This document shows positions 38,927 to 48,206 of a DNA stretch of 64,000 bases, in pieces. The notes under the pieces were generated by a model. The model was given only the letters and a program-made list of their open reading frames with translations. It was not told the DNA's origin and ran no database searches. Each line of letters begins with the position of its first letter. Position 1 is the first letter of the stretch. The position numbers were made by a program, and so were the translations under genes. Source of the DNA: Parcubacteria bacterium C7867-007 (GTDB taxonomy: Bacteria > Patescibacteriota > Minisyncoccia > Phycocordibacterales > Phycocordibacteraceae); the NCBI GenBank assembly GCA_001189195.1, contig LFCQ01000003.1, forward strand, positions 71,059 to 135,058, read 5' to 3'.

Positions 38927-39727
38927 CTAGATCGGCAGAGTAAACGTTCGCTTGTCGTCGTGCACAACGATATTGTCTGCATCCCATGGCATCGCTACCG
39001 GTGCAACACCTCCATTGAAGAGGGGTGCGAAGAATTGTGGCTTGAGAGGATTCAGCTCAAGCACCGCAAGGGTTGTCCCATACCCCACAATAAGTACATC
39101 TTCACGACCTGGATATGCAATAACTGAATGCAGCTTTGCTACAGGTGCAAAAATAACGGTTGTTGCACAGGTACCACCCACGCAAAGATACGGAGGGGGA
39201 GTACAACCGGTACTGGTTGCTGCAGTTGCCACAATACGGTTATTGGAAACAGATACATTTGCGCACCCCTTCTCCATCACGATAGGGTTTGTGGCACTAG
39301 GAAGCAGCACTGCAGCGAGTGCCTTAGTTGCTTCAGTGCGCTTTGGTTCTTCAAGCGAAGTGCGATCTGCTGTGAGCGGTACGAATACGGGAGCAACACG
39401 AGTATCTGTTCCTGGAGTCATTTCAACAAGATCACTCCACGGATGATTGCCTAAAGAATCAACGATGATGCTGTGGTTCCCAGGAACCAGTGCAAAACGC
39501 ACATCGCTTCCCCGACCCACCGCGCGCTTTGCTTCATCTGCATACACCACCGCATTCGCAGGAATATCGGTGAGAACGAGAGTTCCTGCACGAACGAGGG
39601 TTAAACCTGGACCAACACGGTATCCAAGTGAATATCCTGCAACAAAAAAGATAATAAGCAGGACTACGATTAATACAGCAGCATAGCGGCGAACGAAGGC
39701 GTGGATGCGATTTAGTGTTGGATTCAT
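38927..39727 (-). CDS. Membrane-anchored hypothetical protein with an extracytoplasmic domain.
   Basis: N-terminal TM VLIVVLLIIFFVAGYSL; the rest is soluble with several Cys. No family recognised. Confidence 0.45.
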   Translation of the reverse strand: MNPTLNRIHAFVRRYAAVLIVVLLIIFFVAGYSLGYRVGPGLTLVRAGTLVLTDIPANAVVYADEAKRAVGRGSDVRFALVPGNHSIIVDSLGNHPWSDLVEMTPGTDTRVAPVFVPLTADRTSLEEPKRTEATKALAAVLLPSATNPIVMEKGCANVSVSNNRIVATAATSTGCTPPPYLCVGGTCATTVIFAPVAKLHSVIAYPGREDVLIVGYGTTLAVLELNPLKPQFFAPLFNGGVAPVAMPWDADNIVVHDDKRTFTLPI

Positions 39728-39785
39728 GCGAGTATTACGATATCAGAGAAGTGTATGGTGAGCTACCGAAAGGAATCATGAAGGC

Positions 39786-41108
39786 CTACATGCTGGCTAT
39801 ATCTGCTCCAATGGCCGTGAGCCGTGACACCAGATCTTCATACCCACGGTTAATGCTATACACGTTGCGCAGGATTGAACGACCGTCTGCACCAAGCATT
39901 GCGATGAGAAGGATGGTGGCAGGACGAAGTGCCGGTGGGCAAACTAACTCAGCACCACGTAAATGACGTGGGCCTGTTATAGAAATACGGTGTGGATCTA
40001 GAAGTAGGGTGTCTGCACCCAAACGATCGAGCTCCGTGTAGTAGATAGCGCGCTTTTCATATACCCAATCGTGAATGAGAGTCGTTCCTTCTGCTTGTGT
40101 TGCGATAACTGCAAAGAACGGCAGGTTATCAATGTTCAATCCTGGGTATGGTCGTGCATGAATCTTTTCTGGAAACGCCAGGAGTTGCGCTGAAGTCCCA
40201 TCAATAGCAATGTCTGCAAGCTTCGTAATACCATTCTCACTCACTCCCACATCCGTAACCGTAAAAGGAAGTCCCATGGCTTCTAATACCGCGAGTTCAA
40301 CTTCAAGAAATTCAATGGGAGTACGTTCAATAGTGAGATTGGAGTGGGTCGTAACTGCGGCAGCAATGAAGAACATGGCGTCAGTTGGATCTTCTGCAAC
40401 CGTGTATGAAACATTCGCATTCATTTCAGGTGCCCCAGTGATAGTTAGGGTGGTCGTTCCAATACCCTCAATCTTCACACCTAGCAGTTGTAGGTAGCCG
40501 CAGATCTCTTGAACTTGATAGTTGGCTGATGCGTATTTAATAATGGAGGTACCAGCAATACATGACGCCGCAAAGAGTGCATTGATGGTTGCGGTATCAC
40601 TGGATTCATAAAGCACTACGGTTTGTGGAGTGAGTACGTTGTGAGTTACGTGATAGTGATCGCTTTCAGTGTCGATCTTCACCCCAAAGCGTTCGAGTGC
40701 CCATAGGTGGGGGCGTACAGAACGAAGTCCAAGATGACACCCGCCGGACTGGGGGATATCGAAACTCTTGAAGTGATGCAGTAGCGGACCGATGAACATA
40801 AGAATGCTGCGGGTACGAATTGCGGCATCACGATCGATACTTGCAAGGTCAATTGTTGCAGGAGGAGTTAGCGTGAGAGTGTGATCCTCCCACTGCGCTT
40901 TCATACCTATTGACTCAAGGACTTCCACCAAACGATGCACTTCTTCGATCTTAGGTACGTGATGAAGGGTCGTCGTTCCTTTATTAAGAAGGGAAGCTGC
41001 AAGCAATGCCACCGCACCATTCTTGGAACGATTAGTGAGCACGGAACCATGCAATTTCTTTCCTCCCTCAATAACGAATCCACTTTCAGTACCGGTTGCC
41101 ATAGGCAC
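39786..41108 (-). CDS. murA: UDP-N-acetylglucosamine 1-carboxyvinyltransferase.
   Basis: EPSP-synthase-fold MurA conservation throughout (LLAASLLNKGTTTLHHVP...), 440 aa. The active-site residue is Asp rather than Cys (...RPHLW context). Confidence 0.85.
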   Translation of the reverse strand: MPMATGTESGFVIEGGKKLHGSVLTNRSKNGAVALLAASLLNKGTTTLHHVPKIEEVHRLVEVLESIGMKAQWEDHTLTLTPPATIDLASIDRDAAIRTRSILMFIGPLLHHFKSFDIPQSGGCHLGLRSVRPHLWALERFGVKIDTESDHYHVTHNVLTPQTVVLYESSDTATINALFAASCIAGTSIIKYASANYQVQEICGYLQLLGVKIEGIGTTTLTITGAPEMNANVSYTVAEDPTDAMFFIAAAVTTHSNLTIERTPIEFLEVELAVLEAMGLPFTVTDVGVSENGITKLADIAIDGTSAQLLAFPEKIHARPYPGLNIDNLPFFAVIATQAEGTTLIHDWVYEKRAIYYTELDRLGADTLLLDPHRISITGPRHLRGAELVCPPALRPATILLIAMLGADGRSILRNVYSINRGYEDLVSRLTAIGADIASM

Positions 41109-41161
41109 CTATTGTACACCGTTTTTGTACGGGAATATAAACAGGGTATGATGAGCGAGTA

Positions 41162-42175
41162 ATGGCATCCTTTTCCCCAAAACTAGGTATCGACCTGGGT
41201 ACGACCAACGTGCTTGTCTTCGTACCGGGTCGTGGTGTTGTACTGAACGAACCCTCTGTGGTTGCCGTTTCAACTGAAACAAACAAAGTGCTCGCCATTG
41301 GTGCAGAAGCAAAAGCAATGATTGGCCGTACCCCCGATACCATCACTGCGTATCGTCCTATGAAGGATGGAGTTATTGCAGACTATCGCGTAACAGAAGC
41401 TATGCTGCGGTACTTCATTCGCAAAGCGTTAGGCAAGTGGAACATGTTCAAACCAACCGTACTTATTTCAGTACCGGCAGGAGTAACGTCAACTGAAAAG
41501 CGTGCGGTGATTGAAGCAGCAGCAAAGGCAGGAGCAGCTAATGCATTCGTAGTGAAGGAACCAATTCTTGCTGCTATTGGCGCAGGTATTCCTATTCAAG
41601 AAGCGTTGGGACGCATGGTTGCAGATATTGGAGGAGGTACCATCGATGTTGCGGTGATCTCTTTAGGAGGCATTGTGGCCTCCACATCTGTGAAATGTGC
41701 AGGCAACAAGCTAGATCGAGCAATCGTTGATTATGTAAAAAAGAAGTACAACCTTGCTATCGGTGACAAGACAGCAGAAGAGATCAAGATCCAAATTGGC
41801 TCTGCAGTACCCGTTAACGAAGAACTTGCTATGCAAGTGAAGGGTCGTGATCTTGTATCGGGACTTCCTCGTACCATTGAACTGCGCACTAATGAAGTGG
41901 TGCAGGCAATGAACCGTGAACTACGCGAGATGATGGGTGCTATTCGTAAAGTACTCCAAGAGACCCCCCCTGAGCTTGCAAGCGACATCATTGATAACGG
42001 CATTATCCTCACTGGTGGAACATCACAACTCCGTCACCTACCCGAACTCGTATACCGTCGCACCGGTGTACAATCTAAGCTCGCACAAGATGCATACTTC
42101 TGTGTTGCGCGTGGTACAGGTATTGCACTTAAACATTTGAATACGTATCAAAAGAGTATTATCTCGAAACGATAA
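41162..42175 (+). CDS. mreB: Rod shape-determining protein MreB.
   Basis: LGIDLGTTNVLVF, DIGGGTIDVAVISLGG and actin-fold motifs. Confidence 0.95.
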   Translation: MASFSPKLGIDLGTTNVLVFVPGRGVVLNEPSVVAVSTETNKVLAIGAEAKAMIGRTPDTITAYRPMKDGVIADYRVTEAMLRYFIRKALGKWNMFKPTVLISVPAGVTSTEKRAVIEAAAKAGAANAFVVKEPILAAIGAGIPIQEALGRMVADIGGGTIDVAVISLGGIVASTSVKCAGNKLDRAIVDYVKKKYNLAIGDKTAEEIKIQIGSAVPVNEELAMQVKGRDLVSGLPRTIELRTNEVVQAMNRELREMMGAIRKVLQETPPELASDIIDNGIILTGGTSQLRHLPELVYRRTGVQSKLAQDAYFCVARGTGIALKHLNTYQKSIISKR

Positions 42176-42181
42176 AAGATC

Positions 42182-42210
42182 AGGCCCGCTGGTGAGCGGG
42201 CCTTTTTAGT
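42182..42210 (+). terminator. Rho-independent terminator after mreB.
   Basis: aggcccgctggtgagcgggcct followed by ttttt. Confidence 0.75.
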
Positions 42211-42228
42211 ACTGAATTGTGGGTTCGG

Positions 42229-42534
42229 TCAGAAGCGGATGGTGAACCCCGCTCTGCCGATCATCTTGCCCCCGCCCTTGAAGGTTCGATCATCACATCG
42301 CCGCTGCGTCGTGCAGTCTTGCGAAGATGGTCGAAGTCCTTTCACGAAGATCTCGAATGCCGGTTTCTGTGGTGACCAGGGCGGCACGTACGCAGTAGGC
42401 TGCGGCGTCCCCGAGACAGGAACACTGCGTTCCGGGTACGGCGGAAGAGAATCACAGCAGGGCGGGAGCACCGGCTGCGCATGAGCAGCCGAACCGCACA
42501 CCGCGAAGCAGAAAGCAAAAAAGAGCATGCGCAT
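42229..42534 (-). CDS. Small Cys-rich secreted protein (high-GC, foreign).
   Basis: Start at the internal Met with a good RBS (GGGAGGA). Signal peptide MRMLFFAFCFAVCGSAAHAQ; 7 Cys in the mature part. Confidence 0.45.
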   Translation of the reverse strand: MRMLFFAFCFAVCGSAAHAQPVLPPCCDSLPPYPERSVPVSGTPQPTAYVPPWSPQKPAFEIFVKGLRPSSQDCTTQRRCDDRTFKGGGKMIGRAGFTIRF

Positions 42535-42677
42535 TTCAATCCTCCCACTTGATGACGGTGCAGAGTGCACGTGTCCTGTGGATATTATGGTACTTAATAT
42601 AAGTATAGTCAAGTACTGTGTACAAAACTAAACCCCGGACCAAATGATCCGGGGTGTGAGCGAACTGATGGTTGCGC

Positions 42678-43247
42678 TTAGGTGTGTGCAGGTGCTGGGA
42701 CCCAGAACTTGCGCATAGCCAGTACCACCATGATGGCTGTGAGAACGGAGCAGGCGGCAGGATAGAAACGCTCTGAGATACTCCAGTCCTTGCCTGCCAC
42801 GGTCGACATGACGTTGACGACGAAGTAGGCGAACCAAACCCAGACCGTAGCTTCCCATGGCTTCTGCCACGCATCTTTCACTTGCGGTATCCCCGCAAGA
42901 ACCATAGCCGTGGTGGAAACGACTGTTGCCATCACGGGTCCTGAGATCATCCAGACCCCTATCGAGATCGCAACCATGAAGGTCGTGATCGTTTCGAATC
43001 GGGTCCAGGTGAACGTGCGTGCACGAAGCATCGCGACGATGACCAGCAGCACACCTGCAACGTATGCCGCAGGAAGTGCCCAGTTCCCACCTTTCACATA
43101 GATGGAGAGTGCAGCGATTGCATCGAGGACACCCCAGAGCAGGAACGTGGCGAGGTTGAGTTTCATTTTCCCTTGCCACACTTGAATCGAGGTCGGGAGA
43201 TAGATGATGATGGCCAGGGCGGCCGCAGACATGGCTAAAAAGGACAT
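42678..43247 (-). CDS. Integral membrane protein, about 6 TM (higher GC).
   Basis: 189 aa, hydrophobic helices throughout; no family recognised. Confidence 0.5.
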   Translation of the reverse strand: MSFLAMSAAALAIIIYLPTSIQVWQGKMKLNLATFLLWGVLDAIAALSIYVKGGNWALPAAYVAGVLLVIVAMLRARTFTWTRFETITTFMVAISIGVWMISGPVMATVVSTTAMVLAGIPQVKDAWQKPWEATVWVWFAYFVVNVMSTVAGKDWSISERFYPAACSVLTAIMVVLAMRKFWVPAPAHT

Positions 43248-43344
43248 CTGTAGCCTCCTTTCAGGCTAAGGGTTTGCTGTTAATAATAATACGTATTAAT
43301 TAACAGTATGTCAATAAGTACACAGAATCCTATATACTACCTAC

Positions 43345-44037
43345 ATGGCGCATCACGCATACCTTGTAACGGGAGAATCTGAGCAGGGGATTGCTGCTGC
43401 AGTGATGCACGCTGAAGAGCTTGGGGTCACACGAGACAATAATCCCGACCTAATGGTGTTGAGACACGGTCTGTTTTCCGTAGATGATGCACGTACTATT
43501 TCAGATCGTGCCACCCGCGCCGCGATGAATGGTGATCAGAAGGTGATTATCATCTCTGCACTACGCCTTTTCCATGAGGCACAGAATGCACTTCTAAAGA
43601 TATTTGAAGAACCGCCTGCAGGCACCACCCTTATATTGGTGGTTCCTTCAGATGGCATGCTACTTCCAACCCTGCGTTCACGACTACTTCCACTTCCCAA
43701 TCAAACAGGTACTAGTACTTTGTCTGTGGAAACGGAGGCATTTCTCTCTGCTAATGGTGCTGCACGCGAGGCAATGATCACCAAACTAGTAGATCGATCA
43801 AAATCAGATACCGATGAGGTTAAGCAAGCTGCCCGGAATGAGGCAGTTCGTCTAGTGGAGGGTCTTATGAAGGCAAGTTATGACACACGCAGCAGGGAAA
43901 AGAATGCGGAAACGCAAGCAGCACTCACTGGTTTCCTAGATGACCTCTCTCGGTTTCTTCCCATTCTCCACGAACGGTCTGCACCGTTAAAACTCATATT
44001 TGAACACATTCTGTTAGTTATCCCCAAACGGCTTTAG
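43345..44037 (+). CDS. holB: DNA polymerase III delta' (clamp-loader) -like protein.
   Basis: HAYLVTGE start, LKIFEEPPAGTTLILV and LLPTLRSRLLPL (SRC-like) motifs. The P-loop is degenerate, as in delta'. Confidence 0.65.
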   Translation: MAHHAYLVTGESEQGIAAAVMHAEELGVTRDNNPDLMVLRHGLFSVDDARTISDRATRAAMNGDQKVIIISALRLFHEAQNALLKIFEEPPAGTTLILVVPSDGMLLPTLRSRLLPLPNQTGTSTLSVETEAFLSANGAAREAMITKLVDRSKSDTDEVKQAARNEAVRLVEGLMKASYDTRSREKNAETQAALTGFLDDLSRFLPILHERSAPLKLIFEHILLVIPKRL

Positions 44038-44094
44038 ATGGCCAAAGTTTGACGGATTAGAGGGTATCTGGTAAAGTTATACCACATTAATTTA

Positions 44095-45213
44095 TTGATT
44101 TATCAACTGTCTATGGCCGCAAAAAGCACCAAGAAAGCAGCACCTCAGAAGAAGACCGCCAGCAAGGCGGCTTCAAAGACGTCTACGGTGAAGCTCTCGT
44201 TCGACAGCACCGTGCTGGTAAAAAAGCTTCTTGCTGAAGTACCAGAGCGTGCCCGTGAGGTGCTGGTATACCGCTTTGGTCTTGGGGCCAGTGCAGACCG
44301 TGAGACACTTGAAGCTATTGGCGAACGCTGGAGCATCACGCGTGAGCGTGTACGCCAGATTGAGGCTGCTGGCCTAGACGCAATTCGCTCTTCTAAGGCG
44401 TTCAAGGATGCGGGAGCTGCATTCGACGATCTTAGCAATCACGTGCAGTCACTTGGCGCCATTGTTGAGGAAGATATCCTGCTCAAGGGACTTGCTGCTG
44501 ACGAAAAGGCACGTAATCGTTTCCGCTTCCTTCTCGTTGTAGGGAGTGCATTCTTCCGTGAACGTGAGACCGATGAGTTCTATGCTCGTTGGCACGTTGA
44601 TCATGCAACCGCACAGCTCGTGCACAAGGCCCTCACCCGCCTATACGCACAACTTTCAGATACTCAGGTACTTGCTGAGGGTGAAATGATGGATCGTTTC
44701 CTCGACGAACTTAAGGACATCAATGATGCATACCGAAACGAAGAGGTACTTAAGCGTTGGCTTTCTCTTTCGAAGACTATCTCTTCAAACCCTCTCGCTG
44801 AGTGGGGTCGTGCAGAAGCACCCGCTATCCGCACCAAGGGTATTCGTGACTACGCATACCTCGTAATCAAGCGTTCTGGTGCACCTATGCACTTCTCTGA
44901 TGTTGCAAAGTCTATTAGCCAGATGTTTGCAAAGGAAGCACATGTTGCAACCACTCATAACGAGCTGATCAAGGATGCTCGCTTCGTTCTCGTCGGTCGT
45001 GGCCTCTACGCACTATCTGAGTGGGGATACCAGCCGGGAGTTGTACGCGATGTTATTAAGACCGTACTTAAGAAAGAAGGCCCCCTTACGCGTGAACGCG
45101 TGATGGAAGAAGTGAAGAAGGTTCGATACGTGAAGGACAACACCATTCTTGTGAACCTTAACGATCCGCGATACTTCAAGCGCAATAAGAACGGTACCTA
45201 TACCGTAGCGTAA
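44095..45213 (+). CDS. Sigma-70 region-4 HTH fused to a C-terminal HARE-HTH domain.
   Basis: N-terminal VLVYRFGLGASADRETLEAIGERWSITRERVRQIEAAGL (sigma70_r4). C-terminal GAPMHFSDVAKSI...NELIKDARFVLVGRGLYALSEWGY (HARE-HTH pattern). The start may be the Met at 44113. Confidence 0.6.
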   Translation: MIYQLSMAAKSTKKAAPQKKTASKAASKTSTVKLSFDSTVLVKKLLAEVPERAREVLVYRFGLGASADRETLEAIGERWSITRERVRQIEAAGLDAIRSSKAFKDAGAAFDDLSNHVQSLGAIVEEDILLKGLAADEKARNRFRFLLVVGSAFFRERETDEFYARWHVDHATAQLVHKALTRLYAQLSDTQVLAEGEMMDRFLDELKDINDAYRNEEVLKRWLSLSKTISSNPLAEWGRAEAPAIRTKGIRDYAYLVIKRSGAPMHFSDVAKSISQMFAKEAHVATTHNELIKDARFVLVGRGLYALSEWGYQPGVVRDVIKTVLKKEGPLTRERVMEEVKKVRYVKDNTILVNLNDPRYFKRNKNGTYTVA

Positions 45214-45226
45214 TAGCTGAATCCAC

Positions 45227-45275
45227 GAGAACAGCGCGCATCCTAAAGATGCGCGCTGTTCTCTTGCTATACTTT
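45227..45275 (+). terminator. Rho-independent terminator.
   Basis: Long perfect hairpin gagaacagcgcgcatcctaaagatgcgcgctgttctc followed by a T-rich tract. Confidence 0.65.
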
Positions 45276-45279
45276 CCGC

Positions 45280-46650
45280 ATGAACCCATCGGATCTTCCG
45301 TTGATGAAGCTGATAAAGAAGACGCACGGAAATCTTGCAGGCAAGGGTCACTTTATTGATTGGGAACCTATCGCATGGACCTTTGGAATCTTGAACGTTC
45401 TGTTTATCTTTCTTGATCTTGGGCAAGCACTACGCAACTTTGAGTTCCTTCTCTTCTTCGCACCCCTCTGGCTTCCCGCAATAACTATTTATGCTGCAGC
45501 CAATCGTGTGGTGCAGTATCGTCGTGCAAAGTTCCTCGCAAAACAGAAATACGTATTGCTGGAACTAAAACTTCCTCGAGACACTAAGAAAACACCTCTT
45601 GCCATGGAGCTCTTCTTCTCCAACATGCACTTTGGTCCTGGAGAGTCCACAAACTATAAGGTTTATAAGCTGGGTAACATCCGACCATGGTGGTCATTTG
45701 AAATCGTGTCTCTCGGTGGACAGGTGCATTTCTATATATGGACCCGTGAGGCACATCGTCGCGGTATTGAAAGCTATCTCTATTCTCAGTATCCAGACAT
45801 GGAAATCATTGAGGCACCGGACTATAGCCTTATAACTGATCCCTCAGATGATGATCACAGTCTCTTTGGTGAAGAGTTTGTAAAATCTATTCCTGATGAG
45901 AAGGGTAGTCCAGATCCCTATCCGATAAAAACATATATTGAATACGGCTTGGACAAACCAGGAACAAAGCCAGAGGAGCAAATTGATCCACTTGCGCAGG
46001 TGATTGAGCTCCTTGGCTCACTGGGTCCGAAAGAACAATTCTGGATACAGATTATTATTCGCCAATCCAAGAAGGAGAAGTACGGAGAAGACTGGAAGAA
46101 GGTTGGGCTTTCAGAAATAGCAAAGATCCGTGAAGCAACAAGGCAGAAAGGCTCGTATGTTGATCCAGCAACCGGCAAGAAGGTTGAAACGGACGGCTTC
46201 CCGAACCCAACCAAGGGCCAACTTGAAACGATTGCGGACATTGAACGCAATATTAATAAGGCAGGCTTTGATGTGGGTATCCGCACCATATACTCAGGAC
46301 CAAAGGATGCGTATCAAGGATTTATGGCAAGCTTTGTTCTTGCGCTTTGGAAACCATTCGCTAATGAAACAGGGGCATCAATAAAACAAACAGGATCATA
46401 CTCTGCAGGGTTTAATGATTATCCCTGGGAGGATCCAAAGCGACTTGCGCATGACTTCGTTGAGAGGAAGATCGTGAAGTTGTATCGTCGTCGTGCGTAC
46501 TTTAATCAACCGTATGTTGGTCCCTGGTCCATTATGAGTAGCGAGGAGTTGGCAACACTCTTCCATGTACCATCGAGTACCATCAACACACCGGGGCTCC
46601 CACGCATGCAGTCTTCAACCACAAGCGCACCATCAAATCTTCCTGTGTAG
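45280..46650 (+). CDS. Large hypothetical protein with an N-terminal TM segment.
   Basis: 456 aa; 2 TM near the N-terminus, then a soluble domain. No family recognised. Confidence 0.5.
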   Translation: MNPSDLPLMKLIKKTHGNLAGKGHFIDWEPIAWTFGILNVLFIFLDLGQALRNFEFLLFFAPLWLPAITIYAAANRVVQYRRAKFLAKQKYVLLELKLPRDTKKTPLAMELFFSNMHFGPGESTNYKVYKLGNIRPWWSFEIVSLGGQVHFYIWTREAHRRGIESYLYSQYPDMEIIEAPDYSLITDPSDDDHSLFGEEFVKSIPDEKGSPDPYPIKTYIEYGLDKPGTKPEEQIDPLAQVIELLGSLGPKEQFWIQIIIRQSKKEKYGEDWKKVGLSEIAKIREATRQKGSYVDPATGKKVETDGFPNPTKGQLETIADIERNINKAGFDVGIRTIYSGPKDAYQGFMASFVLALWKPFANETGASIKQTGSYSAGFNDYPWEDPKRLAHDFVERKIVKLYRRRAYFNQPYVGPWSIMSSEELATLFHVPSSTINTPGLPRMQSSTTSAPSNLPV

Positions 46651-46651
46651 C

Positions 46652-47668
46652 ATGAGTATGCAAGAACAAATGCGAGTGCGTGCAGTACTGGTTCGCGCTC
46701 ATATTGACTCCCTTCTCAGAAGAACACCTAAAGCATATCTAGCAATACTCGCAGGGATGTTCATGGTGATATTCGTTCCGCTTTCAATTCTCTTTGTACC
46801 GTCATTCCAGTTTCCAAAAGGAGCATTGATTTCAATTCCTGCAAATAGTACCAGTGAAGAAATAGCAGAGCTGCTTGAGGATCAATACGTCATACGTAGT
46901 GCATTCCAGTTCCGTGTGTATACCCGACTCACGGGTGAAGACCGTGCTCTGCAATCGGGTATCTACGTGTTTGATCAGACACTGGGACTTGCGAGTATTG
47001 CACACCGTATTGCAAACGGGGAACACGGCATAGAAGAAACACGTGTCACCCTCACTGAGGGTATGACCAATCAAGACATGGCACGCACTCTTGCCGCTAC
47101 AGTTCCTGGTTTCGATACAAAGGAATTTCTTAAACACGCATCAACCAGCCAGGGGTATTTATTCCCTGATACGTACTTCATTCTCCCTGGCACTACTCCA
47201 GAAGAGATGGTTATGCGTTTGCGCGAGCACTTTGATACAAAAGTATCAACAATCCAAACGGAAATAGATGATTCAGGCAAGTCGCTTGATGCACTGGTGA
47301 CACTCGCATCAATACTTGAACGCGAAGCTCAGGGCATTGAAGATATGCGCATGGTTGCAGGTATTCTATACAATCGCCTACGCATAGATATGCCCCTGCA
47401 AGTGGATGCAGTATTTGGATACATACATGGAGAAAACGGATATACCCCAACCGCAGCAGATCTTGCAAGTGATTCTCCATACAATACGTATCGTGTGAAA
47501 GGCCTTCCTCCTAGCCCTATAGCTAATCCTGGGCTTGATGCACTTCGTGCAGCGGCAACCCCTACAAAATCTACGTATCTGTATTATTTAACAGGCAAGG
47601 ATGGCAAGATGCGCTACGCACGAACATTTGAAGAACATAAGCGCAACCGGGAGTTGTATTTAGATTAG
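46652..47668 (+). CDS. mltG: Second MltG/YceG-family endolytic transglycosylase.
   Basis: LASILEREAQG and YRVKGLPPSPIANPG motifs, N-terminal TM. Start taken at the Met just after the upstream stop. Confidence 0.85.
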   Translation: MSMQEQMRVRAVLVRAHIDSLLRRTPKAYLAILAGMFMVIFVPLSILFVPSFQFPKGALISIPANSTSEEIAELLEDQYVIRSAFQFRVYTRLTGEDRALQSGIYVFDQTLGLASIAHRIANGEHGIEETRVTLTEGMTNQDMARTLAATVPGFDTKEFLKHASTSQGYLFPDTYFILPGTTPEEMVMRLREHFDTKVSTIQTEIDDSGKSLDALVTLASILEREAQGIEDMRMVAGILYNRLRIDMPLQVDAVFGYIHGENGYTPTAADLASDSPYNTYRVKGLPPSPIANPGLDALRAAATPTKSTYLYYLTGKDGKMRYARTFEEHKRNRELYLD

Positions 47669-47693
47669 GTTCGATCCCTAGTCTGCCAGCAAA
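47667..47693 (+). repeat. tRNA 3'-half-like variant of the 30-nt repeat family (AGGTTCGATCCCTAGTCTGCCAGCAAA), overlapping the mltG stop codon.
   Basis: GGTTCGATCC T-loop-like start; TCTGCCAGCAAA is identical to the end of the array copies. Confidence 0.5.
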
Positions 47694-47716
47694 TCTTGCG
47701 TGCTAGCATACACAAC

Positions 47717-48112
47717 ATGGAACGAAGGCTTTCACTATCACTGAAACTGCTCGCTCTCTTCTTTTTCTGGTATACAGTTGTTTTTATTCTGTCAGTTCTG
47801 CCGTTGCTTGGTATTGGTCTCCCTTCGCTAATACAGCCGTCGTTCAGGGGTGTTGCATACGTATGGGATTTCGAACTATTCTTTACTGTCATCTATTTTG
47901 TTTGGGGAATCTATCTATGGAAAGCGTCCCGCACTCCTCAACAGCACAAGCTTTTTATTGATTTTACCCTTTGGGCAACTTTCGCGCATATTCTCGCTAT
48001 GTTTGCGGTTGGATTCATAAGGACGGAAGATTTTGGTCACCTAGTCATCGATGGAGTAGCCCTAGCAATACCTTTAGCACTTGTGACTATTTTTAGGTAT
48101 AGGCACGGATAA
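47717..48112 (+). CDS. Integral membrane protein, about 4 TM.
   Basis: Hydrophobic helices. The ORF-track start is 47696; the Met at 47717 is preferred. Confidence 0.5.
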   Translation: MERRLSLSLKLLALFFFWYTVVFILSVLPLLGIGLPSLIQPSFRGVAYVWDFELFFTVIYFVWGIYLWKASRTPQQHKLFIDFTLWATFAHILAMFAVGFIRTEDFGHLVIDGVALAIPLALVTIFRYRHG

Positions 48113-48141
48113 AGGTTCCAACATCGTCGCAGACTGCCAGC
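48113..48141 (+). repeat. Array repeat copy A (AGGTTCCAACATCGTCGCAGACTGCCAGC), directly after the stop of the membrane-protein gene.
   Basis: One of four near-identical copies at 48113, 48561, 48849 and 49058. Confidence 0.8.
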
Positions 48142-48142
48142 G

Positions 48143-48179
48143 ACAAAAGCAAAAGTCGCCCGATGGAATTCGGGCGACC
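48143..48179 (-). terminator. Minus-strand rho-independent terminator of array unit 3.
   Basis: Hairpin gtcgcccgaattccatcgggcgac followed on the minus strand by ttttgcttttg. Confidence 0.7.
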
Positions 48180-48206
48180 ACAAACAGGAAGTCCAGATCA
48201 GCTGGT

